Source: Octopus vulgaris
Lineage: Eukaryota
Reading direction: 5' to 3'
DNA: 64,000 bases
NCBI GenBank assembly: GCA_951406725.2
Contig: OX597836.1
Location: 38,874,001-38,938,000, forward strand
A program made the translations under genes and the position numbers. Under the pieces are notes generated by a model. That model saw nothing but the letters and a program-made list of their open reading frames with translations. It made no database searches and was not told where the DNA came from. This document shows positions 1 through 16,591 of the stretch, piece after piece (positions within the stretch are counted from its first letter, which is position 1; each line of letters starts with the position of its first letter).

Positions 1-99
1 AAGACAGCAAGCTGATAGAATCGTTAGCACGCCGGGAGAAAGGCTTAATAGCATTTCATCTGTCTGTACGTTCTGAGTTCAAATTCCACCGGGCTAGAC

Positions 100-145
<46 letters not shown>

Positions 146-336
146 CAACAAAGTAAGTTCATCGTATTAATGTAATAACATGTAGTGTCTTCAGCAAGAC
201 ACTGCAACGACCATCATGGTAACGCAATATAAGGCAGGACTGCTATTTATTTATTATTAGGAATTCAAAAGAATTTGGTTGAAAAAGTTCATTTGGTAAA
301 AGATGAGTCTGGGAGAGTGTGCGTGTATGTGAAAGA

Positions 337-377
<41 letters not shown>

Positions 378-749
378 TGTGTGTGTGTGTATGTGTGAGA
401 GAGAGAAAGGGTGAAGGAGAAAGTGCGCCGAATGTCTCAATCGGAGGATCTTACAGTTTTTGTTTCAAGATACATTACGCAGATGTTCTGAAATGCCTCA
501 TCAATAATGTTTCTGGGGTCCCAAGGGATGTCAGTTCTTTCAAAAGCAGATCCCCTCACCCAGTTGACCCAGCAGGGCTTCATCAAACCCCAGCTTGCAT
601 CTCAGTTACAGCAAATCACTACTCTGCTCTCTTTATCCAAAGCCATCACTGATAGAATTTATAACCCTCCTCTTTGCTGCGCCAATAACCCCAAGCCCAG
701 TCAAAGCTTAGAAAAGAAAGAAAATCGTAGTCCATCAGTTATGAGGGTT

Positions 750-1050
750 ATGACGTCAAGGGTTCCAGTTGACCCGATGAACGGAATAGTTGGCCTGTCA
801 AATTAACATGCGAGTGGCTGAGCACTCCACAGACATGTGTACCTTTAACGCAGTTCTAAGGGAGATTCAGCGTGCAGAATGTGACAAGGCCGACCCTTTG
901 AAATATAGGTACTACTTACTTTTCCAGTTGAGTAAGCTGGAGCAACGTGAAATAAAGTGACTTGCTCAAGTACTCAACGCGCCGCCGAGAATCGAACTCA
1001 CGCCCTTACGGTCTTGAGCCGAATATCCTAACCATTTAGCCAGGCGCCTT
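750..1050 (-). mobile_element. tRNA-derived SINE, family D
   Basis: Minus-strand head with A-box-like TGGCTAAATGGTTAG and B-box GTTCGATTC; body matches the plus-strand copy at 40011-40310 (GGAGTGCTCAGCCAC..GCATGTTAATTT). Confidence 0.75.
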
Positions 1051-1484
1051 TATTAGTTAAAGATTGGCAGAATGAACGCCACACAAACCTACACTTGTTT
1101 TGGGCGGTAGATACAATCCATCACCGAGTTTAATTCCACTATCACGTGGTCTTTGGGCGCCATTAGCTTAAACCACTGTGTTGCGATCATTTGAACTTAG
1201 TTTCAGGTTTAAGGATAACTTGATTTATGGCCTCCTACTTCAGCAAATCCTCACTTTTGATTACTTCCCCTTTTTTTGTCTCCCGCCAGTCTCGCAGGTC
1301 ATGCAGAGGTCATGAAAGTTACGTTTTCTCCTCTGACCAAGACAGAATATCAGGCTTGCATAAAAAAAAGGAGTTAATCAAATATTATTCGGCTGGATAT
1401 ACCTCATAATATCCTTCTTTCCTTCCTTACTCCCGCTCTCTTCCTTCTTTTCTTCTATTCTTTGTTTTCTCCTCCGTCTCTTTC

Positions 1485-1540
<56 letters not shown>

Positions 1541-2340
1541 GTTCGTTCGTTCCTTCTTTCTAACTTCCTTCCTTACTTACTTTCTGTCACGGAATCCCTA
1601 TAAGCGCGCCATGGACACTGCCTTCCCTCCTGGTTAAAAGATAAAAAGAAAAAAATAAATAAATAAACCCCCAGGGAGAAATTCCACATCAATTAAAAAA
1701 TGATTTTCCTCTTTAGATTTACTATTTTTAGGCAGTTAAGCTTCTTAAGCCAATGTCATACTGATCTACAATCAATTTGATTTCACTTTCCAAATGGACA
1801 CATCTGGATATTCTACCTCTTCAAACATTCCTTAAGATATATCGACAAACGTCTTAAGCCGATTCTTTCATTTAAGCAGATTATATAAAAACTTTACAAT
1901 TCCTTACATAGAATCTATAGTAACACTTCTATTTATCTTCGCCCTTCTTGCTTTTAGTTCAATTTGGCGGAAGTCTAGGGGCAGTAATACCTGTATCAAA
2001 GCGGAACTAACACTTCTATAGCTGCGAGATATAATTCTGCGAAAACTTTTATCAATTGCATTCTTAACATAATTATTAGATTAATGTATCAAGCTTCAAA
2101 CCAAAATATTCCTTTGAAGAACTTAACTATAGTTTCCAAGATAGATTGCAGCAAGTTCTACTGAACATTTACATAATTTAACATACCATGTTACGAGTTG
2201 TAGCTCGGTGCTGACAATGGCTAGCTGTAATCAATAGCCAGCCAGTTGGAGTTAGAAAGTTTCGAGTCCGTGATATATGTATATTTAGACAATATGTCCG
2301 TCGATCTGTTGTTTGTCTGCTTGTCAGTCTGTCTCACTGC

Positions 2341-5420
<3,080 letters not shown>

Positions 5421-7408
5421 TAGATGGATAGACAGACCAAAAACATGAAAAGGAAAGTTATAAAACACAAAGGCGGAAATGCGCAGGAGAGCTTCAATAT
5501 TACACTATTATACTCCCTTCACAAAGACGTGTATGTACGCGCGTGTATGTTAGTGTGTGCGCGCACGCGTAATACGAAAATCAAATAAGAAATAATGGAG
5601 CAGAGTTCTTATGTATCTGTTATGTTTTCTATAGAACCTCAATAGTGCTCAACTTTTGCTAGGGGCAACTTATTGATTTTTTTTTCCTCATCGGCTTGGT
5701 AACAAACACTTTGTATAGTAATTTATACACCGACGTATGAATAGAAACATTTATTGTCCAAAATAGGTCTACTTGTCGTATTCAAACGAAGGAAACATTC
5801 GACGCCGATTTGTTCACAGTCGGATAGAAATAGTATGGCGAGCAAATCAGTTGGTAATCGTTTATTTGTATCTGACGCTAATGGGATGATGATTCAATTA
5901 CATCCTTATATAAAGTTTTAGAATACCAGTTTACCGATGCGGAGTTCGAATTTGATGTGGATGGTCCACCGTTGTCTTCTCTTTTTTTTTTTATTTCATG
6001 CATTGATTTATTGATTTATGATCATTATTGTTGTTTTCGTTCTTGTATAACCATATATTCAAGATGTCCGTTTGGGGTGTTTTTGCGTATATCTCTTCAG
6101 AAACTGCTGCCGTGTCAAAAGCGTAACCCAGCAATTTCCGTAAATGTAGATCGATAAAAAAACTGCCGGGCTGGAAGAAAAATATAATTGGAAAGAAATG
6201 GCCCCTTCATGTTTGAATTCTAAAGACTGAATCCATTTGAAGAATAAAACAATATCAGTCCTGATCGAGTAGACCAATGATCAAAGGCATTCCAACAGTG
6301 ACCATCCTGCCTTGTCACAAATAGCTTATCGCTGGCTTTATTACTTTACAATAATTCTGCTTGTTCCTCCGTTACTTAGCCCGTCTGTAACGCTTAGCTG
6401 AAGAGAGGGGAGGAAGAGTTAACGGTTAATATAATTTATCTTTAAGCTCTAGGGTAATAAATCCCTCCTTCATTTATGAATGTTTCATCCGTCAGAAAAA
6501 TGTCTTCTCCCCCATAGGTTTTATCCTTCAACAGTAGATCTTTTTGCTCTGATGTATTTTTTTTACCTTATATTCTTAAAAGAAAAAGTAGTAATCCAAA
6601 ATAGACCAGCACATTATATTGAATGACGTTTATTTCTCATTACTCTGTACGACAGGAACGGGAATGGAGTAGAGATTCTCGATATTTCATGAATGATTAA
6701 TGTCGTAGCCATCTTAAAAGTACACGTGAACTTCTGTACGGCAGAGTCGGAGAAACGATGGCGAGTTTTTCATTTCGCTTTTACATACAATGTTAATCTT
6801 CTTGAGAAAATCTGAATATGACAGTCTGATTCCTTCCCATCATCTCTAAACCAATACCAGTCTAAGAAACCAATTTTAGATCAAAGCAGTCTCTTCGTCG
6901 GTCTATTTGCTAGGAATAGCAGCCAAATCTTCCTCTAGCTGCACTTTACTCTATCACGTTGGAAGAGACAACATTGAATAATTTAATCTTTTGTACATCT
7001 AAAATGACTGAATGATCACGATGAGAACATCTTTGATGATAATCCTGGTCAGTTACAGCTGACAAAGTCTAAACTACAGCGATAATAAGATTTAAATTGC
7101 TTCCATTACGTTGGTATCCAATTAATTGCTATCCCAATCAAATGCTCTACGTAATGGTTTTACATTTCGACACAATGTCAGCAATTTTGAGGAGGAAGGA
7201 GTTAGTCAATGATATCGATCTCAATGTAGAGAGATGAAAGTCAAAGTTGACATCGGCGAGATTCGAACTCAGAATAAAAGCACTTGTTAAAAATACTACA
7301 AAGCAATTTCGCCTTCTTGATGCTATGAATAAAACGTTGAGCAGACACGAGCCTTAATTTCTAATGCTACAGATTAATCCAGATTCAATAAATAAAATTA
7401 TTAAATAC

Positions 7409-7774
7409 ATAGGCGCAGGAGTGGCTGTGTGGTAAGTAGCTAGCTAACCAACCACACGGTTGCGGGTTCAGTCCCACTGCGTGGCATCTTGGGCAAGTGT
7501 CTTCTGCTATAGCCCCGGGCCGACCAATGCCTTGTGAGTGGATTTGGTAGACGGAAACTGAAAGAAGCCTGTCGTATATATGTATATATATGTATATGTG
7601 TGTGTGTTTGTGTGTCTGTGTTTGTCCCCCTAGCATTGCTTGACAACCGATGCTGGTGTGTTTACGTCCCCGTCACTTAGCGGTTCGGCAAAAAGAGACC
7701 GATAGAATAAGTACTAAAAGGTGGTGCTCCAGCATGGCCGCAGTCAAATGACTGAAACAAGTAAAAGAGTAAAA
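7409..7774 (+). mobile_element. tRNA-derived SINE, family A (CORE-like body, internal TA/TG repeat, GAGTAAAA tail)
   Basis: Head TAGGCGCAGGAGTGGCTGTGTGGTAAG, B-box GGTTCAGTCC, CTTGGGCAAGT motif, 3' ACTGAAACAAGTAAAAGAGTAAAA; many similar copies in the window. Confidence 0.9.
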
Positions 7775-8741
7775 AAAAAAAGAGAGAGTATATCAAGCAT
7801 AAAATAAATACCAAGATTTTGAATATGAAATGACACACGAAGAAGCAATTTGAAAATCAAAAGAGGCGCAGGTCCACGAACAGGGATCAATCAACAGACA
7901 GATAACAGTGGCCTTGCTGGTTAGCTGCGTTACAAATGACACTACAGAATGCCCGACGTCATACTTCTCAATTTTGGTACAATAAAATCTGCTCTCTGTG
8001 ATGTTTAACTTTCATCTTTTATCTGCAAATGAAAATAGACGGGGGGGGTTTCTACTGCTTGCAGGTCGACTGCATTACCGAAGATACTATTATATACTGT
8101 CTGACGTTATTTATTATTCATTTCGGTATTAACAAATAAATCTGTGTTCTGATATTTTGAACTTTTATATTTTTTATCTCCACATGGAAATTATTTTCTC
8201 AGTCACTTATCGCAGCGGGAAAGGCTACTCTACTAATGTTCATCATAGCAAGGTTCCACGCCGGATTTCAATATTTGCGACGAGATTAATGTGTAGTAAC
8301 ATTTACTGATGTAATTAAGTATCTATCGTGCACACACACACAAACACACATAAACACACACACACACGAACACGTGCGCGCACACCACGCACATACATTT
8401 ATTCCGTTATTCTTTTACTTGTTTCAATCATTTGACTGCGCCCATGCTGGAGCAGCATCTTGGAAGGATTTAGTCGTACAAAACGAACCCGAACTTACTT
8501 TTTAAAGCCTAGTATTTATTCTATCGGTCGCTAATGTCAGTTCGGTATATGAGACCGATGGAGGTAGTTTTAGATCTACAAATAGTACTGGTATCGATTT
8601 GCTCAACTAAACTCTTCAAAGCGGTGCCCCAGCATGGCCGTAGTCCAATGACTGAAATAAGAAAAGATAAAAGATATATCTGCAAAAATGTCTTTCTTTA
8701 TCTGATACTAGTGCCGACTAAAATACTATCTAAAAAAATTA

Positions 8742-8903
8742 CTGGCTGTGTGGTAAGTAGCTTGCTTACGAACCACATGGTTCCGGGTTCAGTCCCACTG
8801 CGTGGCACCTTAGGCAAGTATCTCCTACTATAGCCTCGGGCCGACCAAAGCCATGTGAGTGGATTTGGTAGACGGAAACTGAAAGAAGCCCGTCGTATAT
8901 ATG

Positions 8904-8953
<50 letters not shown>

Positions 8954-9204
8954 TGTGTGTGTGTCTGTGTGTGTGTTTGTGTGTGTGTGTTTGTGTGTCT
9001 GTGTTTGTGCTCCCAACATCGCTTGACAACCGATGCTGGTCTGTTTACGCCCCCGTAACTTAGCGGTTCGGCAAAAGAGACCGATAAAATAAGTACTAGG
9101 CTTACAAAGAATAAGTCCCGGGGTCGATTTGCTCGACTAAAGGGCGATGCTCCAGTATGGCAGCAGTCAAATGACTGAAACAAGTAAAAGAGTAAAAGAG
9201 AGAG
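8742..9204 (+). mobile_element. SINE family A
   Basis: Same sequence as the 7409 copy with an expanded internal (TG)n; tail fragments also at 8412-8530 (-) and 8585-8672 (+). Confidence 0.9.
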
Positions 9205-9929
9205 TATCTGCTGTCATACAGATTTCCAAAACGGGAGACAACTCCAAAAGCCTTTCACGCTGGTGCTCGTCAGTGTAGTGTAACCTCCTTTCAGTAATTT
9301 TCTGAAGCATCTAAAATCAAATCAAATGAAATCAAATCAAATCACTAAGTAAAAATACTAAATCGTATATTCGCTGGCATTCTGACAAATTTAATTGTTT
9401 TGCAACGAAGTCGTACAGACAATAATATTTCCTTTGCCTATTCTAATGTTTTGATTAATATGGTGATTCGAGAGCAAATAATCATTAATTTATACATAAA
9501 TCTAATTAACAGAAATAGTTAAAGATAGTTTGCTGTTGTTTAATTCTACAGAGATAGGGATGTTTTTTTTTTAACACGAGCTCACATCCTTTTTTTTTAT
9601 ATTTAAATGAAATAACATTGATTTAGAATCTTTTTTGTTTTTTAATATTATGTGATGGAGTATTCACCTGTAGCCGTGTATCGACTAGTTTAAATGTTTA
9701 ACTGCGACTCATTTATGTCCAGAATTAAAATATTTTCGATTGTTTTGATAGTAGCAAAATAAATAAATAAATAAATAAATAATACGGGCAATATCAATAA
9801 ATAAGTAAATGAATAAATAAATAAATAAAATATTAGTTTCATTACTAAAATTACTAGTTTTTAGATTTATTGGTAAATGGAAGGGAAACAATGGTACTTC
9901 GTAGACGTCATCAATTATTGTCTCTTGAA

Positions 9930-9937
9930 GGGAAAAG

Positions 9938-9986
<49 letters not shown>

Positions 9987-10177
9987 AGAGATGGAAGAGA
10001 GAGTAAGGAGACAGTGAGGTACAGAGAGAGGAAAGAGAAAGAGAGAGAAAGGGAGACACAGACAAAGAGAGTCACACAGAGACACAGACAAAGAGATAGG
10101 AAGAGAGTGAGAGAGACAGAGTGGTACAGAGAGAGAGAAAGAGAGGAAGATTAGGGAGAGAGTGGAAGAGACAGAAT

Positions 10178-10217
<40 letters not shown>

Positions 10218-10460
10218 AAGAAAAGGGAGAGAGAGAAAGAGAGAAAGAAGGACGGAGATGGGAAGAGAGTGAAAGAGTCGGAGTGGTACCGAGCGAGCGA
10301 GAGAGAGAGATAAAGAGGTAGAGATAGAGAGAGGAAGAGAGATGGAGAGAGAATGAAAGAGACAAGGTGATTCAGAAAGAACAAGGAAGAGAGGAAGATG
10401 GGAAGAGAAAGAAAAAGTGAGGGAGAACGGAAGAGAGCAAGAAAGGGAGGCGGAGAGAGA
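9930..10460. repeat. GA-rich low-complexity tract
   Basis: (GA)n and degenerate purine repeats. Confidence 0.9.
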
Positions 10461-11073
10461 TTTTTCATTCCATTGGACGAAAACTTCGAATTTATCTTAG
10501 CGTATATCAGTTTCTTTGAAAGGTCACAATATCTTGATGCGGCATTGTTTACCCTTGCTCTACTATATATAGAACAGCCGTAATTAGTTGGTTTTGTTTA
10601 GAGCTGTTTTAAGTTGGAAAAGGAAGATATCGGGAGATAAGTATATTTCTTCTCTACGAGACGTTTACTGCAGAGAATCTAGCCCGACTGTTGTGTACAG
10701 GTGATTGTTAATATAGCATTACATCTGCACAACCAAGATCACTTTTGAAGTTTTATCTATTGATATTGATTCTACAACGGTGAAATTTTCTAGTCATCAG
10801 AGATCTTTAATTAAAATGAAGCTATGTATTTCTTCTCTGCGTCGAAGAGTCGCGTGTTTTAGAGTGTATTTCTGATTCAATATTTACTTTATTAACGTTG
10901 TAATCGACTTAATCTATTTGTCTGTCCTTGTTTGTCCCTTCTATGTTTAGTCCCCTGTGGGCAATAAAGAAATAAATATCTACTTTATTAACGTTTTGAA
11001 GTGATGTATTCGTTATTATCGATATACGGAGCCCCTCTTAAAATTTTGAAAAAGAAAATATTTGCATGTTTTT

Positions 11074-11640
11074 AAGGTGGCGATGTGGCAGAAACGTTAG
11101 CACGCCGGGCGAAATGCGTAGCTGTATTTCGTCTGCCGCTACGTTCTGAGTTCAAATTCCGCCGAGGTCGACTTTGCCTTTCATCCTTTCGGTGTCGATT
11201 AAATAAGTATCAGTTACGCACTGGGGTCAATATAATCGACTTAATCCGTTTTTCGGTCCTTGTTTGTCCTCTCTGTGTTTAGCCCCTTTTGGGTAGTAAA
11301 GAAATAGGTATTTCGTCTGCCGTTACGTTCTGTGTTCAAATTACGCCGAGGTAGACTTTGCCTTTCATCCTTTCGGGGTCGGTTTAAATAAGTACCAGTT
11401 ACGCACTAGGGTCGATATAATCGACTTAATCCGTTTGTCTGCCCCTGTTTGTCCCCTCTGTGTTTAGCCCCTTGTGGGTAGTAAAGAAATAGGTATGTCC
11501 TCCGTCGTTACGTTCTGAGTTCAAATTCCGCAGAGGTCGACTTTACCTTTCATTCTTTCGGGGTCGATAGATTAAGTGCCTGTTGCGTACTGTGGTCGAT
11601 CTAATCGAATGGCCCCCTCCCCCAAAATTTCGGGCTTTTT
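11074..11640 (+). mobile_element. SINE family B, tandem concatemer (head plus ~184-bp repeated units)
   Basis: Head AAGGTGGCGATGTGGCAGAAACGTTAGCACGCCGGGCG, B-box GAGTTCAAATTCC, central GCCTTTCATCCTTTCGGGGTCGAT..AAGTACC (resembles the Meta/Sauria-type SINE domain); unit restarts at 11309 and 11494. Confidence 0.88.
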
Positions 11641-12092
11641 AGTCTATTGTGGGTATTCTATAAGAATTTTCTATTTGCGTGAGGCCCCTACAATCCTGTA
11701 TTCTTCGTTAATATAATCTTTTTCTATCAGATTTTGGACAACACATTCTACATGCATTCAGTATTATTCGTTCGTATTTTATCCTCGCCGGATAACATGT
11801 TTAGAGGTATTTACTTCGGCTCTCTATATTCTGAGTTCATATGCCACCGAGGTCGACTTTCGGGGTCAATAAAATAAGTACTGGTAAAGCATTAGGATTG
11901 ATGTAATATACTCCCTTCCTTCAAAATTGTGTCAAAATTAAAAAGGGAGAAGATACAATTTTTCAGAAAAAGATCCTTTTTTTTTGAACGTCTTGCAAGA
12001 TCATTTAGCGCTCAATACAGAATATTTTAAACTATAATTCATTACAAGCACAGTCTGCGAATTAAGACCTACTTTTATGTTATGTACTAACC

Positions 12093-12327
12093 TATTTCTT
12101 TACTACTCACAAGGGGCTAAACACAGAGGGGGACAAACAAGGACAGACAGACGGATTAAGTCGATTATATCGACCCCAATGCGTAACTAGTACTTAATTT
12201 ATCGACCCCAAAAGGATGAAAGGCAAAGTCGACCTCGGCGGAATTTGAACTTAGAACATAAAGACAGACAAAATACTGCTAAGCATTTCACCCGGCGTGC
12301 TAACGTTTCTGCCAGCTCGCCGCCTTT
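12093..12327 (-). mobile_element. SINE family B, full length, between ~150-bp direct repeats
   Basis: Reverse complement of the family B consensus; flanks 11943-12092 and 12329-12482 are diverged copies of each other. Confidence 0.9.
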
Positions 12328-12859
12328 TAAGGGAGAAGATACCATTTTTCAGAAAAAAGATCCCTTATTTTGAACGTTTTTGCAATTTCATTTAGCGCTC
12401 AATACAGAATATTTTTAAGTATATATTCATTTATAACACAGCCTGCGAATTAAGACCTACTTTTATTTTATGTACGAACCTACTCTATGATATTCCCTCC
12501 AAAACTTCTCTTTCGTTTGTGAGTGTTGTACACTGTTTAAATCTTAAAGATTTGTAGGTACATCGTCTGTTTACATCTGACATCTCGATACGAAACGTCG
12601 TGGCTCTAAGTTCGATAGAATATCCATAGAAATAACAAAATACTGTTTAAATTATTCATTCCAAGCATTTTTTTATATGTCAGAGTTTGTTCTAATTCTC
12701 CATCTCAGTTTTGTAATGTAACATGATATTACTGTTCATAATTAAATTTCCGCTCATCAAAATTGCATTCATATATTTTTCCTAATCCGAATTACTTTCG
12801 CCTTTTTCTAATCCGTATCTCTGGCGCATTTTTCTAATCCGATTTTATTTTCATTATTA

Positions 12860-13325
12860 CTGTTGTTGTTGTTGTTGTTGTTGTTGTTCTTCTTCTTCTT
12901 CTTCTTCTTGGTATCGGCTGCGATGGTGGTGGTGGTAGTGGTGGTGGTAGTGGTGGGGGTGGGGTGGTGGTGGTGGTAGTTGTGGTGGTGGTAGTGGTGG
13001 TGGTAGTAGTGGTGGTGGTGGTAGTTGTGGTGGTGGTAGTGGAGGTATTGGTGGTGGTATTGGTGGTGAGGTTGTGGTGGTAGCGGTGGTGGTGGTAGTT
13101 TTGGTGGTGGTAGTGGTGGTGGTAATAGTGCTGGTAGTAGTGGTGGTATTGGTGGTGTGGTTGTGGTGGTGTGGTTGTTGTGGTAGCTATGGTGGTGGGT
13201 GGTGGTGGTGGTGGTGGTGGTGGTGGTGGTTGTGGGGGTGGAGGCTGTGGTGGATGTAGTGGTTGTGGTGGTAGTGGTAGTGCTGCTACTGCTGTTGATG
13301 TAGACGACGACGATGATGATGATGA
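12860..13325. repeat. (GTT)n/(CTT)n/(GGT)n/(GAT)n trinucleotide tract
   Basis: Seen directly; source of the poly-P/T/H/G ORFs. Confidence 0.95.
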
Positions 13326-13349
13326 GCTGATAGGTGCCAGAATTTTTTC

Positions 13350-13920
13350 AGAGCATCGGAAAAAATGCTTTGCGACATTTCTTCCGATTCTTCGATCTCG
13401 GTGGAATTTGTTCTCAGAAATTAAAGACGGACGAAATGCCGCTAAGTATTGCCTGCGATGTTCTAGCAATTCTGCCACCTTGCCGCCTTAACAACAATGT
13501 TCTGAGTTCAAAACCCTCCGAGGTCGACTCTGCTTTTTATACTTTCAGGGTCCATAAAATAAATACCAATCAAATTCTGGATCGATGTAATCGACAAGCA
13601 CCGGCCCCCAACTCGCCACCAAAAAATTGCTGCCCTAGGGCCAAAGTGTGAAGTTATTATATGCGCAGGCTTTACCTTTCATTCTTTCGGGGTCGATTAA
13701 ATAAGTACCAGTTACGCACTGGGGTCGATATAATCGACTTAATCCGTTTGTCTGTCCTTGTTTGCCCTCTCCGCGTTTAGCCCCTTGTGGGTAGTAAAGA
13801 AATAGGTATTTCGTCTGCCGTTACGTTCTGAGTTCAAATTTCACCGTGGTCGACTTTGCCTCTCATCCTTTCGGGGTCGATAAATAAAGTACCAGATACG
13901 CACTGGGGCCGATTTAATCG
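13350..13920. mobile_element. Cluster of SINE family B fragments: - at 13350-13488, + at 13497-13650 and 13669-13920
   Basis: GTTCTGAGTTCAAA and GTCGACTTTGCCTTTCATCCTTTCGGGGTCGA motifs in both orientations. Confidence 0.8.
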
Positions 13921-14196
13921 GTTCCAAACTCAACCAATTTGCATGGTATTACATACTGAGGTAAAGGATCGACTAATTTGGTTTAACTATATAAAATTAG
14001 AACAAATTCACTTATTTCTAACATAAGCATGTAGTGAATTATTCGTACTTTTGTATGTAAACACTAACAAGCAACTACTATTTTGCATATGTACTAAGGT
14101 AAACTCAATGTTGTTTTTTTTTATCACCTAGTAAGATTATTGGTAAATGTAAACATGTCTTATATTTCTTCCGGAAGACATATAAACAAGGACTGG

Positions 14197-14261
<65 letters not shown>

Positions 14262-14351
14262 ACACACACACCACACACTGTCCCTCTTTCTCTTTCTCTC
14301 ACACACAAATACATACATACATATATACATACATGCATATATATATATAAA

Positions 14352-14386
<35 letters not shown>

Positions 14387-14494
14387 AGTGTGCCTGTCTC
14401 TACATATGTATGTATATATATACATATATGTATATATATTGGTATATATATATATATTTATCTATAGATATGTATATACATATATATATATATT

Positions 14495-14533
<39 letters not shown>

Positions 14534-15045
14534 CTATATACATGTATATATATATATATTTATCTATATATATGTATATATATAAATATATATATACACA
14601 TACATGCATACGTATATACAGACATATACACATATGTATGTATGTATGCATATATACACACACATGAACACACATACACACACATATACACATGCATACA
14701 TTCGTGCATACATACGGATATATGTATGCATAAGAATATACAAAAATTATTATAGTGCATGTGTATGTGGTGTGTATATGCATATGCACGCGTACACACA
14801 CTCGCACATACACATATAATGTATATGTATGCGCATGCATTACAGTACGTGTGTGTGTATATGTGTACATAAAACACGCATACACACACGCACACATATG
14901 AACACACACACACTCACACATGTACACATCTGAGACCATAATAAGTTGAGGCAATAAATGCAGAGTAAACAGAAATGTGAGTAAGAAAATATTGGTACTG
15001 GAATCCCCAAAGGACAAATTCTTCGCGATTCAAGCATGATTTATA

Positions 15046-16015
15046 GGAGGAGAAGGAGGAGGAGGAGGAGGAGGAGAAGAAGAAGAAGAAGAAGAAGGAG
15101 AAGGAGGAGGAGGAGGAGGAGGAGGAGAAGGAGAAGAAGAAGAAGAAGAAGGAGAAGGAGAAGAAGGAGAAGGAGAAGAAGGAGAAGAAGAAGAAGAAGC
15201 AGGAAAAGAAGAAGGAGAAGAAGAAGAAGAAGAAGAAGGAGGAGGAGGAGAAAAAGAATAAGAAGAAGGAGAAGAAGATGAAGAAGAAGAAGGAGGAGGA
15301 GGAGGAGAAGGAGAAGAAGAAGAAGGGGAGAAGGAGAAGAAGAAGGAGAAGAAGAAGGAGAAGAAGGAGAAGAAGAAGGAGAAGAAGAAGAAGAAGAAGA
15401 AGCAGGAAAAGAAGAAGGAGAAGAAGAAGAAGAAGAAGAAGGAAAAGAAGAAGGAGAAGAAGAAGAAGAAGAAGAAGAAGGAGGAAAAGAAGAAGGAGAA
15501 GAAGAAGAAGGAGAAGAAGAAGAAGAAGAAGAAGAAGAAGGAGGAGAAGAAGGAGAAGAAGGAGAAGAAGAAGAAGAAGAAGGAGAAGAAGAAGGAGAAG
15601 AAGAAGAAGAAGGAGAAGAAGAAGAAGAAGAAGGAGGAGAAGAAGGAGAAGAAGGAGAAGAAGAAGAAGAAGAAGAAGAAGAAGGAGAAGAAGGAGAAGA
15701 AGAAGAAGATGAAGGAGAAGGAGGAGAAGAAGGAGAAGGAGAAGAAGGAGGAGGAGGAGAAAGATGATAATGATGAGGAGGAGGAGGAGAAGAAGGAGGA
15801 GGAGGAGAAGGAGAAGAAGAAGAAGGAGGAGGAGGAGCAGGAGAAGAAGAAGAAGAAGAAGAAGAAGAAGAAGAAGAAGAAGAAGAAGAAGAAGAAGAAG
15901 AGGAGAAGAAGAAGAAGAAGAAGAAGAAGAAGAAGAAGAAGAAGGAGAAGAAGAAGAAGAAGAAGAAGAAGAAGAAGAAGAAGAAGAAGAAGAAGAAGAA
16001 GAAGAAGAAGAAGAA
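15046..16015. repeat. ~970-bp (GAA/GGA)n polypurine tract
   Basis: Nearly pure purine strand; source of the poly-R/K/E and poly-F/S/L ORFs. Confidence 0.97.
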
Positions 16016-16591
16016 ACACATTATAACCAAGAAGAAAATTAGATATTATTCCTCCGAAGAGGATTTCCATATCCGTCTTAGAAGACGTATCTCATACTGT
16101 TCCTGTATATGTATTTGCCATATTTCAATTTGCATATTCTTGATCTTTGGCACCGAAATGGGAATACAGTTTGTTTTTTTTTCCAAATTTCAAGGAAGAC
16201 ATATCTGAAATTACACCTACCATTCCTTGATATCATAAATGATTTGTCAACAAATTATTAGGGCCGCCATTTGTTATGGAGAGAAATGCTTAAACAAACA
16301 CCCATGAGAGAAGATATAAATTACAACTTAGAGAGGAATGGTATAAATAGACACACGTGATGGCGTAAAATAAAATGAAGAATGAAAGTGAATGGATCTC
16401 AGTCGGTTTCGACGATGAGAGCTGAATTGTTAGATCGTCAGATCTGGTGATCTACCTGTCAGTTGAATTGACGTGGAAGTGGCTGAATATTCCAGAGGTA
16501 CGTGTACTTTTAACGTGTTTCCTCCTCACATGAATTCCGCGTGGCACAGTGTGTGACAAGATCGGATCTCTGTGCTTCTGGCTTCATTTGT

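Noticed and set aside
507-806. 99-aa ORF in non-repetitive sequence
   Set aside because: No recognisable motif or splice context, and it ends inside a SINE.
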